Assembly (NCBI GenBank): GCA_965644495.1
Contig: CBFFSA010000001.1
Location: forward strand, 1,984,001-2,048,000
Reading direction: 5' to 3'
Source: Perkinsela sp. CCAP 1560/9
Lineage: Eukaryota; Protista; Euglenozoa: Kinetoplastea
Length of the DNA stretch: 64,000 nucleotides
Shown: piece after piece, positions 32,684 through 42,560 of the stretch
Layout: each line of letters starts with the position of its first letter
Numbering within the stretch: position 1 is the first letter of the stretch
Translations under genes and position numbers: made by a program
The notes under the pieces: generated by a model
What the model was told of the DNA's origin: nothing
The model's database searches: none
What the model saw: only the letters and a program-made list of their open reading frames with translations

Positions 32684-32997
32684 CCGTATACCCCCCCCCC
32701 CAGTACGATACCCCCCCAGTGAGAGAGATTTGGCCCTTTTTGGGCTGACACCCAGTAAGAGAGATTTGGCTCGGGGGTATAGGGAGTAGGGGATGGGTGT
32801 CTGCATGTTGGGGGCCTCGGGGGTAACCCAAATAAGCGTCTTAACACGTTTTCCGAAGAAACAATACAAAAAAATAGTCAAAAAAGTCGGGAGAAAAGAG
32901 GAAACTTGCCAAAAAAGCATACCCCCCCAGTAAGAGAGATTTGGCCATTTCTACCCAAAACCCATTCTCTTACTGGGGGGGGGGGGGGGGTATACGG
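32684..32997. mobile_element. MITE family C, copy 1
   Basis: TA|CCGTATACCCCC...GGGGGTATACGG|TA; repeated subterminal CAGTAAGAGAGATTTGGC; inverted copy at 57292. Confidence 0.9.
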
Positions 32998-33073
32998 TAT
33001 ACAATATTCACATAGAGTTTCCTTTTCTTAATTTTCTTCCAATTCCAAGAACAAAACTTCCAATTAATTTGAA

Positions 33074-33517
33074 TTGCTACGATGCCTTTGTTTGTCATTT
33101 CAGTTGAATACCAACGGCCTCAGGCAGCACGAATCCGTGGTGCTTCGTTACGTGGACTGTAGTACACGTACTGTTGACTTGCTTCGCGAAACTCAACTCT
33201 CTTCTCCTATTGATTTTAGGTCTATGCCCCTTAGTCTAGAATGTATTGTGCTTTCGGGTGTGGGGCTTCGTGGCGCTCTCGATTTAACGTACCTTCCATG
33301 TAATTTACGCGAGCTGATGCTGTCTTACAACCTCTTTGAAGGAACCATTGATGTTTCAATGCTTCCGAAAGGTATGACAGATCTTGACTTGACGCTTTGC
33401 GATCTTACTGGCGAGGTAGATTTCTTCCACCTTCCTGAAAGCATGGAGAGGCTCATCATTTTCGGTACCGGTCTCGTTGGAAAAGATAACTACCTACCGG
33501 ATTGTGTTATAAAGTAG
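33074..33517 (+). CDS. Short LRR protein, possibly 5'-truncated
   Basis: LDLTYLPCNLRELMLSYNLFEGTIDV repeats; no early ATG; flanked by mobile elements. Confidence 0.65.
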   Translation: MLRCLCLSFQLNTNGLRQHESVVLRYVDCSTRTVDLLRETQLSSPIDFRSMPLSLECIVLSGVGLRGALDLTYLPCNLRELMLSYNLFEGTIDVSMLPKGMTDLDLTLCDLTGEVDFFHLPESMERLIIFGTGLVGKDNYLPDCVIK

Positions 33518-33664
33518 TTTCAGTTCTCCGGCTGTTTCTCCGGTCTAGGTTTGTTTGGGACACCGGACACGAGGTACAGTAACTAGCAAAAGTGTTCAAA
33601 TGTTTTCACAAATTTTAATGTTTCTATATTTTACAAAAGAGATGCAGAGGATAATTCAGTAGTA

Positions 33665-34030
33665 CAGTGGTTTCAATTGAACTTCACCCCCGCGGAATTT
33701 TGAGTTTTTTTGTCCGTTTTTGCTCATTTTTGTTGCAAACGAGAGATCTCGTTCCCCTAGTGAAGCGCTTTGGCACCTGTTTTTCATAGGGACCCCCTAG
33801 TGCTCATATGATGACCCGAAAAACAGCCAAAACATATTTTGATAAATACGAACGTTGGAAGGAAGTCTAAAACTATGTATTTTTGACCCAGGGGGTACCA
33901 GGGGGTCAGCACCAGGGGGCAGCAAAGCGCTTCACCAGAGAAACGAGATCTATCCAATGCTGCGGAAATGAGAAAAAACAGATAAAAAAACTCAAACTTC
34001 CGCAGGGGGGAAGATATCTTGAAACCACTG
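33665..34030. mobile_element. MITE family A nested in Tc1 copy 2
   Basis: TA|CAGTGGTTTCAA...TTGAAACCACTG|TA with more than 100 bp of imperfect TIR; empty site gtagTAtattac in copy 1 (about 1065). Confidence 0.95.
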
Positions 34031-34123
34031 TATATTACAGTAGTGTAGGCTGGAGTAGTGCTTACATTCCCACGTACTTAGACTTCATCAACGATCTTAC
34101 GGTAAAAAACTATGAAAGATATA

Positions 34124-34569
34124 CCGGTCTAAACTTAATCACGCCCAAACTGAATTAAGCCCGAAATCTCCCTTTGGGCTTAATTAAGTTTGGGCGTAAT
34201 AAACGTTATGTTCGACAAACTGTTTTCTAAATCTTTTGAAAAAGAATTTTCCATTTTTTATGGATAACTTTACGATTCCGAAGGTAGTGCTTGATGAGGT
34301 TTCGTCAAGACGAAACACTGACTGAAAGTTAAGAAGAGATTGATGTCCAGACGCTATTTAATTTATTATTGGAATGAGAGGATTTTTCAGAAATCCTATA
34401 GATTTTTTCTAAAATATTCTTTACCCACATATTTTCCGCGATCCCCCTCCAGGGTGATGGCATCGGGGGGGGATCGCCCGCAGCCTGACCAACCCATTTG
34501 GGCTTAATTAAGTTTGTGCGTAATTAAGTTGGGCGTAATTATGTACGGGCGTAAGTATGTTCGGCACGG
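34124..34569. mobile_element. MITE family B nested in Tc1 copy 2
   Basis: TA|CCG...CGG|TA; subterminal AACTTAATTACGCCC-like repeats; empty site agataTAatgcg in copy 1 (about 1156). Confidence 0.92.
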
Positions 34570-35801
34570 TAATGCGAGTCCAACACGTGAGCACTTTTTT
34601 TCACTTTTTTGAGATTACTTTTTGTTGGCCAAAATTTTGCCTTACCAAACCCAAATGACCAAAACTTAATACTTCGTAAGTCTCCCCTTCCCCTTAATTA
34701 CTGCCCTTAAACGACGGGGCATGCTGCGGACAAGAAGAAGACATGCACTCGGAGGATGGTCTGCCCACGCTTTTTGGGCGCGTTCCCAAAGTTCCAACGT
34801 TCCTACGGGAGGATCTGGATGATCCGCAGTTGACTTTTTGAGCTCGCCCCATAGGTGCTCTATGGGATTTAAATCGGGAGACTGCGGGGGGCAGTCTAGG
34901 ACACACAATTCTTGTAAACGAAGGAATTCCCGAGCCTTCTTACTCGTGTGCTTTGGATCATTATCTTGTTGCAAGATGATCCGGGTTCATGACATCCAAC
35001 TTGTGGAGGGAAGGAGACAAATGCTGTTGAAGTATTTGAACATACTATTCAGCATTCATGTTGCCATGAACCAGAGCAATGGAGCCCACACCGTGAGCCA
35101 TCATACACCCCCATACCATGATGGATCCCCCACCGTACTTCACGGTGCTGTGAGTATTTCGCTCTGAAAGTGCTTCCCCAAAGCTCACCCACGCCCACCG
35201 TCTGCCATTCGACTCGAAACAGCAGATCTTACTTTCATCAGTAAAAAGCACACGGCTCCAGTCGGCGTGCGTCCAATGCTCATACTTCTTTGCAAAAGCA
35301 AGATGTAGAGCTTTGTGACGCTTCGTGAGGTGGGGTTTCCGTAATTTCTTCTTCCCCTTCAAACCACGCTTCCGAAGGGAAACCCGAATGGTTTGAAGTG
35401 AAACATCTGCAACCCCGTCATCTCTCAACCGTTTGCTGGTCGCGACTGCATCCTTAGTTGCACCGCTCGTGATAAGGCGGCGGACGCGATTGGAGCATGT
35501 CTCGGTAAGCTTGCGAGGGCGACCTTTTTTCGGTTTGTTAACTAAGTTGGGTAGGTACTTTTTCTTATCCTCTGCATATCTTTTGTAAAATATTAAAACA
35601 TTAAAATTTGTGAGAACATTCGAACACTTTTGTTAGTTACTGTAGAACGCGGTACGAACTTCAATACGCTTTTCTCCGATTTTTCGACATGTGGGTCTGT
35701 TCCTAAAGATTTTTGTGAGCCCCCCTCCACTAACAGAGCAAATGTGCTTCATATTGGGGTAGTAGTGGTTGTGGGAGTAGTGCCCTATCCATGGACAGTT
35801 A

Positions 35802-36253
35802 CTCCCCCCCCCCTATCCTAGCGTTGCCTGGTTTTGGTGAAAAGCAACGCTAGGAGGGGGGGAGGGGGGTAAAAACCCCCACCAATGGGGGATTTCGAAT
35901 AATGTGCTTGCTCATCGGGCCACGATTTTCAAGTGAATCTTTAGACAGTTGTTTTGTTCATGCACTTATAGTGCAGAGATTAGATACAGTTTCTGTACCT
36001 TGTTGAATTATTTTCAATTTTGTACTAACTTTATCTTCCGGAGCATGGCCTCCAATGTCACCTCACCGGCTCCCATCGCGCACGACGGCCTCCCTCGAGG
36101 ACCTGTCAGCGCGCAGCGACATCCCCAGAGCTTTCACTTTATCCAAAGTCGAGCGATGCCGGATTAGTCATCCTCAGCGGCAGGATTAGTCATCCTCAAA
36201 AGCAACGCTAGGAGGTGGGGTTACCGGGACAACGCTAGGATAGGGGGGGAGAG
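35802..36253. mobile_element. MITE family E carrying a spliced-leader-like relic
   Basis: TA|CTCCCCCCCCCCTATCCTAGCGTTG...CAACGCTAGGATAGGGGGGGAGAG|TA; extra internal GCAACGCTAGGA copies. Confidence 0.85.
35967..36005 (+). other. Spliced leader (mini-exon)-like 39-mer; not an SL RNA gene
   Basis: GATACAGTTTCTGTAC-cttg-TTG matches the conserved 3' half of the kinetoplastid SL; no GT donor follows. Confidence 0.65.
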
Positions 36254-37291
36254 TAATGTATTTCAAGTGTGTATATTGTCCCATTGCATTCATGAGGTAA
36301 GGGCAAGGATGGCGTGTTTCATTTGGAGACAATTTCGTAGAAGATCTTCTATCGCTTCTTGTGATACATACAGGTTCCTTGAGCGGCAAGCCGCTGAAAA
36401 TAAATGCCCGACCCCAATTTGCAAGATAAAGTCCAATACAACACACGCACTTGCTCGACTCGTACTATTGGAAGTTGGACCTCTGGGGCTAGTTTCACCA
36501 TAGTTTGAATGCACATGATTTTATCCGTGTCAGTTGCTATCTGGCTTTGGACATACGGGGGGACATTTGTCTGTGTAATACTAATCTGGAGAACATAAAT
36601 CTGTGTGATATTAGTATGTGTTAACTCCAAAATATTTGGTCGGACAGAAAACTGTGTTAAATCAAAAATGCACCGCAGGCGAAATTCTTCTTTTTTAGTA
36701 AATTTATGTATTTTTCTCTGAAAATTTCATTCTTCTTGATTTATATTTGTAAAAATCACTGTAGAACCGCCGAAAGTGGTCACACCAATAGAAATCACAC
36801 CAATGGAAAATTATCCGACCGTCACTGTCGATAGCCCCCCATATCATCACCTTTTTTGGATGATGAGAACGGCTTTTCGGAACGCGATCTTCGGGACTTT
36901 GCCAAGCGCCTCGAGACAGGTCTTCAGCGTGTCGTCATCACATATGATACCGACGAAGGCGATCTAGGCTCTTTTTGATAGCTTCAAGGGACGTTTCTTG
37001 CATGGCCATTTCTTCCTGCAGCCACTGTAAGGGTAGGAAAAACCTGCAACACAGTCGGAGTTGAAGTCGAAGTTGACTTGAAAAACGAGACAAGGCTTCG
37101 TACAGCGTAGCAGTTTCGGAGAGAAAATACATTGGTTAAATCTCCCTTTTTTCCCCCAAATTCCCCCGGTGTGCTACAATCTGAGCCGTACAGCTCTTAT
37201 TTTCTATAAATCCCCCTGAATGGCTTGGTGTAAATAAGTCTATGTCTTCTCTTTCGTCAATACCAATCTAGAAGGATTGTTCGCTGAACTC

Positions 37292-37362
37292 GAAAAAACT
37301 TTGAAGTATTTTTTTTGAAAAATAGTTAAAATAGGGGAAAAAAGGGGAGATTCCACCAATAT
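37292..37362. repeat. Dispersed repeat shared with positions 1-72
   Basis: aaaaaac(a)tttgaagta...ggggaaaaaaggggagattccacc..aatatg at both sites. Confidence 0.75.
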
Positions 37363-38066
37363 GTAGCGTGTCTGACTATTAAATTATTCGATTCTTCTTC
37401 CTTTAGTATACTGTAGTTTAGTATACTGTAACAGTGTTTGATAGAATGAGGTGCCGCCCTGCCTTTCTTACAAATTTCTGCAACAAACCTCGCGAGAGTA
37501 GGTACTTTTTGCCCCAATTACTTGATGCATTAGAATTTATCCTGAATCCACCGAGTTATGCGTTTTCAAAGCCTTCAGTGAACTCACAAGTGTATCGAGT
37601 ACTTTCCTTTTCTCATCTGGACCCAGGCTTCTATCCAGAGGCAAGCTATGAAAGCATTCCGAGTTTTTGGCTGCTTTGTTGGCGTGGCTATTATATTCTT
37701 CATGTCGCCGGTCAAGAGCAATACCTTTGTATTGACCCTTTCGTGTCGACAGAATACACCCTCCACCATGGAAAGTGTTTATGTAGGCTTTTCGCCATTT
37801 GAAAATTTCAGTATAGATCCACTTAGCAAGTGAAATTTTTGCGACATTGTTCAAAAAAATACCCAAAGCATAGGATTAAAACGATCTTCGGAAGTGTATG
37901 CACTGCATTCTTCCATCTCTTGCACCGAGCTTCATAGCGAATTCGTGAGATCAGTCCAATCATGTTCGTCCAGCACACACAAGCGCGGAAAAAAAATCTT
38001 CTAGCTCACTTTCTGCCTCTCGCCGAGCTACATGATCTACTGCCGCTCTATCGTCCAGCATACATA

Positions 38067-38428
38067 CAGTGTTTTCAAGATGTGCAGTGTTTTCAAGATG
38101 TCTTCTCCCCTGCGGAAATTTGACTCTTTTTATCTGTTTTTTTCTCATTTTTACAGCATTGGATAGATCTCGTTCCCCTGATGAAGAGTTTTGTCGCCCT
38201 TTTTTTGTAGGGACCCCCTGGGTCCAAAACACATGGTTTTTTGGGTCATTTTTCTGGAACACATACATTTTTTTCATTTTTTTATGCTTTGTTAAAATAT
38301 TTTCTTTCGCATTTTGGCTTGTTTTCATTTTCTTTGATCTCGTTAGCAAATGCCTTTGTTACTTTTTCTTCCCAGTGATCCCCTAGGGCTCTCGTGAGAT
38401 TAAAAACACAGTTCATTTGAAACCACTG
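38067..38428. mobile_element. MITE family A, inverted copy with a duplicated terminal 18 bp
   Basis: TA|CAGTGTTTTCAAGATG (x2)...TTGAAACCACTG|TA. Confidence 0.9.
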
Positions 38429-38489
38429 TACATGTGGCGCATGTGCCCATTTACATAATCGATCGAATCCAAGATGTCGGCGAAGATCA

Positions 38490-38670
38490 TCGACAAAACC
38501 TTGGTGGTGGCTCGACAAAACCTTGGTGGAATCTCGACAAAACAATGGTGAAACCTCGCCACCCTCGGCCCTTCAATTGTTTTGAGAGAAAACGTTTATT
38601 CGTCTTCAAAAGACGTATAACGTTTTTATACGTCTTTGAAGACGTATAACGTAAAAGACTTTTACGTTAT
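38490..38670. repeat. Short tandem repeats followed by overlapping palindromes
   Basis: tcgacaaaaccttggtgg x2-3; cttcaaaagacgtataa..ttatacgtctttgaag; ataacgtaaaag-a-cttttacgttat. Confidence 0.7.
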
Positions 38671-38946
38671 CAAGACTTGCAATGTATGTTCTCATTATTT
38701 TTGTTTCTGCGCAAGAAGACAAAGATTTTGCTCTCAGTAACAGCACCAAAAGGAATTTTTTAATTGAAATATAGAAAATCTGTAGAACGCAAATTTTCCT
38801 TGTTAGATTTTTTTCCAACAATGGCCGTACTTTCAATCGAAACCATGAAACGCTATTCCTCGCTGCATCAGAGCTCGTCATCACCAAACCCCTCCCCGAC
38901 ATAACACACTCCCTCCCCCTTTCCCTTGCACACATAACCGACACGC

Positions 38947-40788
38947 ATGAACCATACCCTCACTCAGGTCACCAAACACACCCCCACCCCCACCGTTGTC
39001 GAGGCCATGCTCCACGGCACCGGGGTCGTCGCCATGGACTTTGGTCCCCACCTCATGCACTGGACCCTCGCATGCCGCGCCGCCCTCACCCACGGCCACC
39101 CCCCCACATCCCCCTCCCCCCTCCCCGGACCCGGCCACCGTCTCCTCTCCAACCTCCACCTCGCCCGCGAACACGCCCGTCTCACCCGGGACAAACTCCG
39201 TCGTCTCTACGTCGACCCCCACGCCTGGGTCCCCGCCTACACCTCCACCCTGGTGGACTGGATCAACACCAACACCGACCCCCCCGGCGCCCTTCTCCCC
39301 CCCTCCCCCCACGGACCCCTCCCCGCCCTCCCCTTTGCCGCGGACGCCACCCAACGCGTGCTGCCCTTCCCCCAGCTCCTGGCCTACGAACACAGCCTCG
39401 CGCGGTACAGCCACGGGGTACGGCCCCTCGCCCACCTCCCCGCGCTCCACCCCCTCCACGGGGTCTACGCCCCGGGGGTCGTGGAGGGCCGCCTGTACCG
39501 CAGTCTGATCGGCTGGTTCCGCTCCACGGTGCGCACGGAGAGGTGCTGGCACGCGCTGGACTGGTGCAGCCAAAGTGGGGTGCTGAGTTGGGGGCTGCTG
39601 GTGAATGGGGTACGGCACCTGGTGTGTGTGGACCACGGGGTGAGGGGACTGCGCTCGACGAAGGGACAGGTGAGACGGTGCGCGGGGGAGGAGAAGTTTC
39701 AGAGGTGGGAGGGGGCGGGGAGGGTGACGTTGGTGCCGTTTGAGTATGAGAGTGCGGAGGGGGGAGGGAAGGGGGGTGGGAGGAGAGGGGGGGAAGGGGG
39801 GTCGACGGTTTCGTTTGAGGCGTTGGAGTACCAGTGTCCGGAGGCGTTGAAGGGGATGAAGTTTGATTTGATTGTCACGCATGTGGGATTGCCTGAGGTA
39901 TCGATGACCCCTCTTACGGAGATGGGCCCTTTTCGCGCCCAGGTGCAACAGTCTCGTAAGAATACCATTCTGTCATTTTTGGAAATGTGTGAAAAGCACT
40001 TACTAAGGTGTGGAGGGCGCTACGTTGCAATCATATCCCACAATTACCATTGGCTTCTCTCAGGGGAGGTTCTTCCGTTGCCTTTAACCCCGCCTACGCA
40101 TTGGGAAACGATTCTCGACGAGAGTTGTTCTCTTGGTGAGTGTGAGGGTATTCTTGGTGGCATTGAAACCGATATAACCGCTATGGCCACCGCTTCGAGT
40201 GCGATGCAAAAAACGCAGTCTCAGGACACGGACAATCCACTCAAAGTTACGCGCACAACACACAAGAAGCGCTCACAACTATGTGATTCCTTGTGGGTTC
40301 GAGATTATTTGCGTGATGTCACGGGTCACCTATGGGTTCTACGGCTGAAAGGGGCCAATGAGCGATATCTTAAATCGAAGCCTTCTAGCTATGAGGCCGG
40401 GGAGCCTTCGACGGACGTACAACCTTGTGCTTGGAAAGAAACGCGTGATTATCAATACTACCAACCAAAGTCTGGTCCTCTTGATGCCGCTCTTGGAGCT
40501 AATGTGCCCACACTTTCATTTCTAGAAGACGCTTCATCTCAACGCCGCACTGACCTTGATGTTTTGCATTCCTCACCTGAACCGCCAATTGCAGAACTCA
40601 ACAAAAATGATCAATGCTCTAATAAAGAAATTGACTCACAGTCTTCTTTATCCAGTACGCCTCCTAGAACACGTGCTACCGTGTCTCAGAACAAAGAAGA
40701 TAAATATACAAGAGCAATTCGACAGCAAAAAGCAGCATTGAAAACACAAATTGACTTGCTGAATTTTCTTTCCAGCAAGCGTCTTTAA
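38947..40788 (+). CDS. Hypothetical protein with a possible class I methyltransferase-like fold
   Basis: ALDWCSQSGVL..., LVCVD and FDLIVTH fall in the order of SAM-MTase motifs, but the Gly-rich loop is degenerate. Confidence 0.5.
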   Translation: MNHTLTQVTKHTPTPTVVEAMLHGTGVVAMDFGPHLMHWTLACRAALTHGHPPTSPSPLPGPGHRLLSNLHLAREHARLTRDKLRRLYVDPHAWVPAYTSTLVDWINTNTDPPGALLPPSPHGPLPALPFAADATQRVLPFPQLLAYEHSLARYSHGVRPLAHLPALHPLHGVYAPGVVEGRLYRSLIGWFRSTVRTERCWHALDWCSQSGVLSWGLLVNGVRHLVCVDHGVRGLRSTKGQVRRCAGEEKFQRWEGAGRVTLVPFEYESAEGGGKGGGRRGGEGGSTVSFEALEYQCPEALKGMKFDLIVTHVGLPEVSMTPLTEMGPFRAQVQQSRKNTILSFLEMCEKHLLRCGGRYVAIISHNYHWLLSGEVLPLPLTPPTHWETILDESCSLGECEGILGGIETDITAMATASSAMQKTQSQDTDNPLKVTRTTHKKRSQLCDSLWVRDYLRDVTGHLWVLRLKGANERYLKSKPSSYEAGEPSTDVQPCAWKETRDYQYYQPKSGPLDAALGANVPTLSFLEDASSQRRTDLDVLHSSPEPPIAELNKNDQCSNKEIDSQSSLSSTPPRTRATVSQNKEDKYTRAIRQQKAALKTQIDLLNFLSSKRL

Positions 40789-40860
40789 GCGCTTGAAGTG
40801 GTCCCTGGGTCTACTTCATATCTTGGAGCATATCACACTTAATGCTAAAGATTCTATAAT

Positions 40861-40886
40861 ATCTTTTCTTTTATATCTTTTTGCAG
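40861..40886 (+). promoter_or_regulatory. Putative trans-splice acceptor
   Basis: atcttttcttttatatctttttgcAG upstream of LRR ATG 41007. Confidence 0.55.
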
Positions 40887-41006
40887 GTTCAAACCGAGGA
40901 ATCGAACCAAAGGTATATTGGCCCAACATATATTTGGGCTGATCTGAAGCAACCAAAAGTGTAAATTCATCTCAATTTTGATTATCAATTTTATTGGAGG
41001 TCTCTA

Positions 41007-42149
41007 ATGTTCTCTGTGATAACGTCGTTTCCTCTTGCGGTGTTGTACATCCCATGCACTTTGGTTCGTGCTAATAACCTTCAGTACTCTACTCCGGGGT
41101 TCTCGTGCGCAGATGCAGCGGTCAAACTTACTACCCAGCAGTGCACAGGATTTTTAACGTCTGATGAATCACACGCACGTGTGGCGACTCGAAAGGTCCA
41201 TAGCAGCGTTCTCCCAATAGAATATGACCTTGCCAGAATGGTATCTAAAGTGAAGAATCTCTCTCCTAGCTGGCGTGTAGAACGATCTGCGAACACGTGG
41301 GACGGAATTGTTTGCGACGTAGACGGTAGTGTAACACGAATTCATTGGAGCGATCGGAATATGGCAGGTGAACTCCTATTTTCCTATCTACCTAGAACTT
41401 TGGAAGAGTTGAGAATGAACACTAATACTCTCATTGGTCGCTGTGATATTCCCCATGATTGTCGCGGTCTTACTAGTGTAGATGTCAGTCACAATGAGTT
41501 GTCGGAGATCGACATTTCTTTATTACCAGGCTCTGTAGCATACTTGGAGTTATCTTCTAATCTATTTCACGGCCTGGTTGATTTCGAAGCTTTGCCTGAA
41601 ATGCTTCGAAATATACATTTAGCGAACAACAAATTCGTAGGTCCCGTCTCACTTGTATCTCTTCCAAATAACACCAGGTATATTTATCTTGATTTTAATT
41701 CTTTCGAAGGCCCGCTTGACCTGACTTGTCTCCCGTCAAAATTTAACACTATTTCAGCTTACGACAATCGTCTGAACGGAGAATTAAACATATCACAATT
41801 GCCGCGATCAACGCGACAGCTTGCTCTTGCGAAGAATCAGTTTCAAGGTACCATTGATCTTTCATATTTACCACCCCTGGTGTACTATGTTTCTTTTTTC
41901 GGGAATAACCTTACGGTATACATGGACACTTCGAAATTTTCAGAAAATTTCAGAGAATTCTGTATCAGCTATCCTCCACGAAGATACGCGAAAGTCACGT
42001 CTTTACCGGGCATGAAACTAAAATGGCACGGAAATAATAACACTTTTTACGGCCTCCAATCGGCCGACATCAAAAGGACTAAAGCTGCTTCGTTAGATGA
42101 ACAGGAACTTGAATGGAAGCCAATTGAGATAAAAATCGCTACAGAATAA
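41007..42149 (+). CDS. Leucine-rich repeat protein
   Basis: WDGIVCD cap plus about 8 LPxxLxxLxLxxNxFxG repeats; hydrophobic N-terminus. Confidence 0.88.
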   Translation: MFSVITSFPLAVLYIPCTLVRANNLQYSTPGFSCADAAVKLTTQQCTGFLTSDESHARVATRKVHSSVLPIEYDLARMVSKVKNLSPSWRVERSANTWDGIVCDVDGSVTRIHWSDRNMAGELLFSYLPRTLEELRMNTNTLIGRCDIPHDCRGLTSVDVSHNELSEIDISLLPGSVAYLELSSNLFHGLVDFEALPEMLRNIHLANNKFVGPVSLVSLPNNTRYIYLDFNSFEGPLDLTCLPSKFNTISAYDNRLNGELNISQLPRSTRQLALAKNQFQGTIDLSYLPPLVYYVSFFGNNLTVYMDTSKFSENFREFCISYPPRRYAKVTSLPGMKLKWHGNNNTFYGLQSADIKRTKAASLDEQELEWKPIEIKIATE

Positions 42150-42560
42150 TATTGGATGGGATTGGCAAGGAATACGCAAATACGCACACTTATGAATACT
42201 CCTTATTAGATTATATACACAAATGCTAATGCAAAGAAGTGGTATAGGAGTGTTTATAAAGAAGTGACATAGGAGGATGTAGAAATATTGTGAAACATAC
42301 GTACAACGTGGATCAAGCTAAATTTGCATCAGTTTCGCCAGGATTTCATACTGATCACTGTAGTATAAATTAGGAATTACATGAATACAATTTCTCCTTT
42401 GGAATACATGAGCAATTTTAAACTACTTCATATCATCGTCAAATAATTAGTCGCATTTTTTCGGTTACAGAATTCCTTTTCCGAGCGTTCGGGTACTCGA
42501 GATTTTCTTTTGCTTGAAATTTGGTTTTTATTTTTGAGTTTGCACACAATTCTCTTATTA

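Larger units (their letters stand above)
33577..35642 (-). mobile_element. Tc1 copy 2: both 78-bp TIRs present, defective transposase, two nested MITEs
   Basis: TA|CAGTAACT... and ...AGTTACTG|TA (35565-35642); transposase 34666-35530 has a stop near 35045, a frameshift near 34985 and an N-terminal deletion. Confidence 0.93.

Noticed and set aside
35967-36100. Functional SL RNA gene
   Set aside because: No GT splice donor after the exon-like 39-mer, not in a tandem array, and embedded in a MITE.
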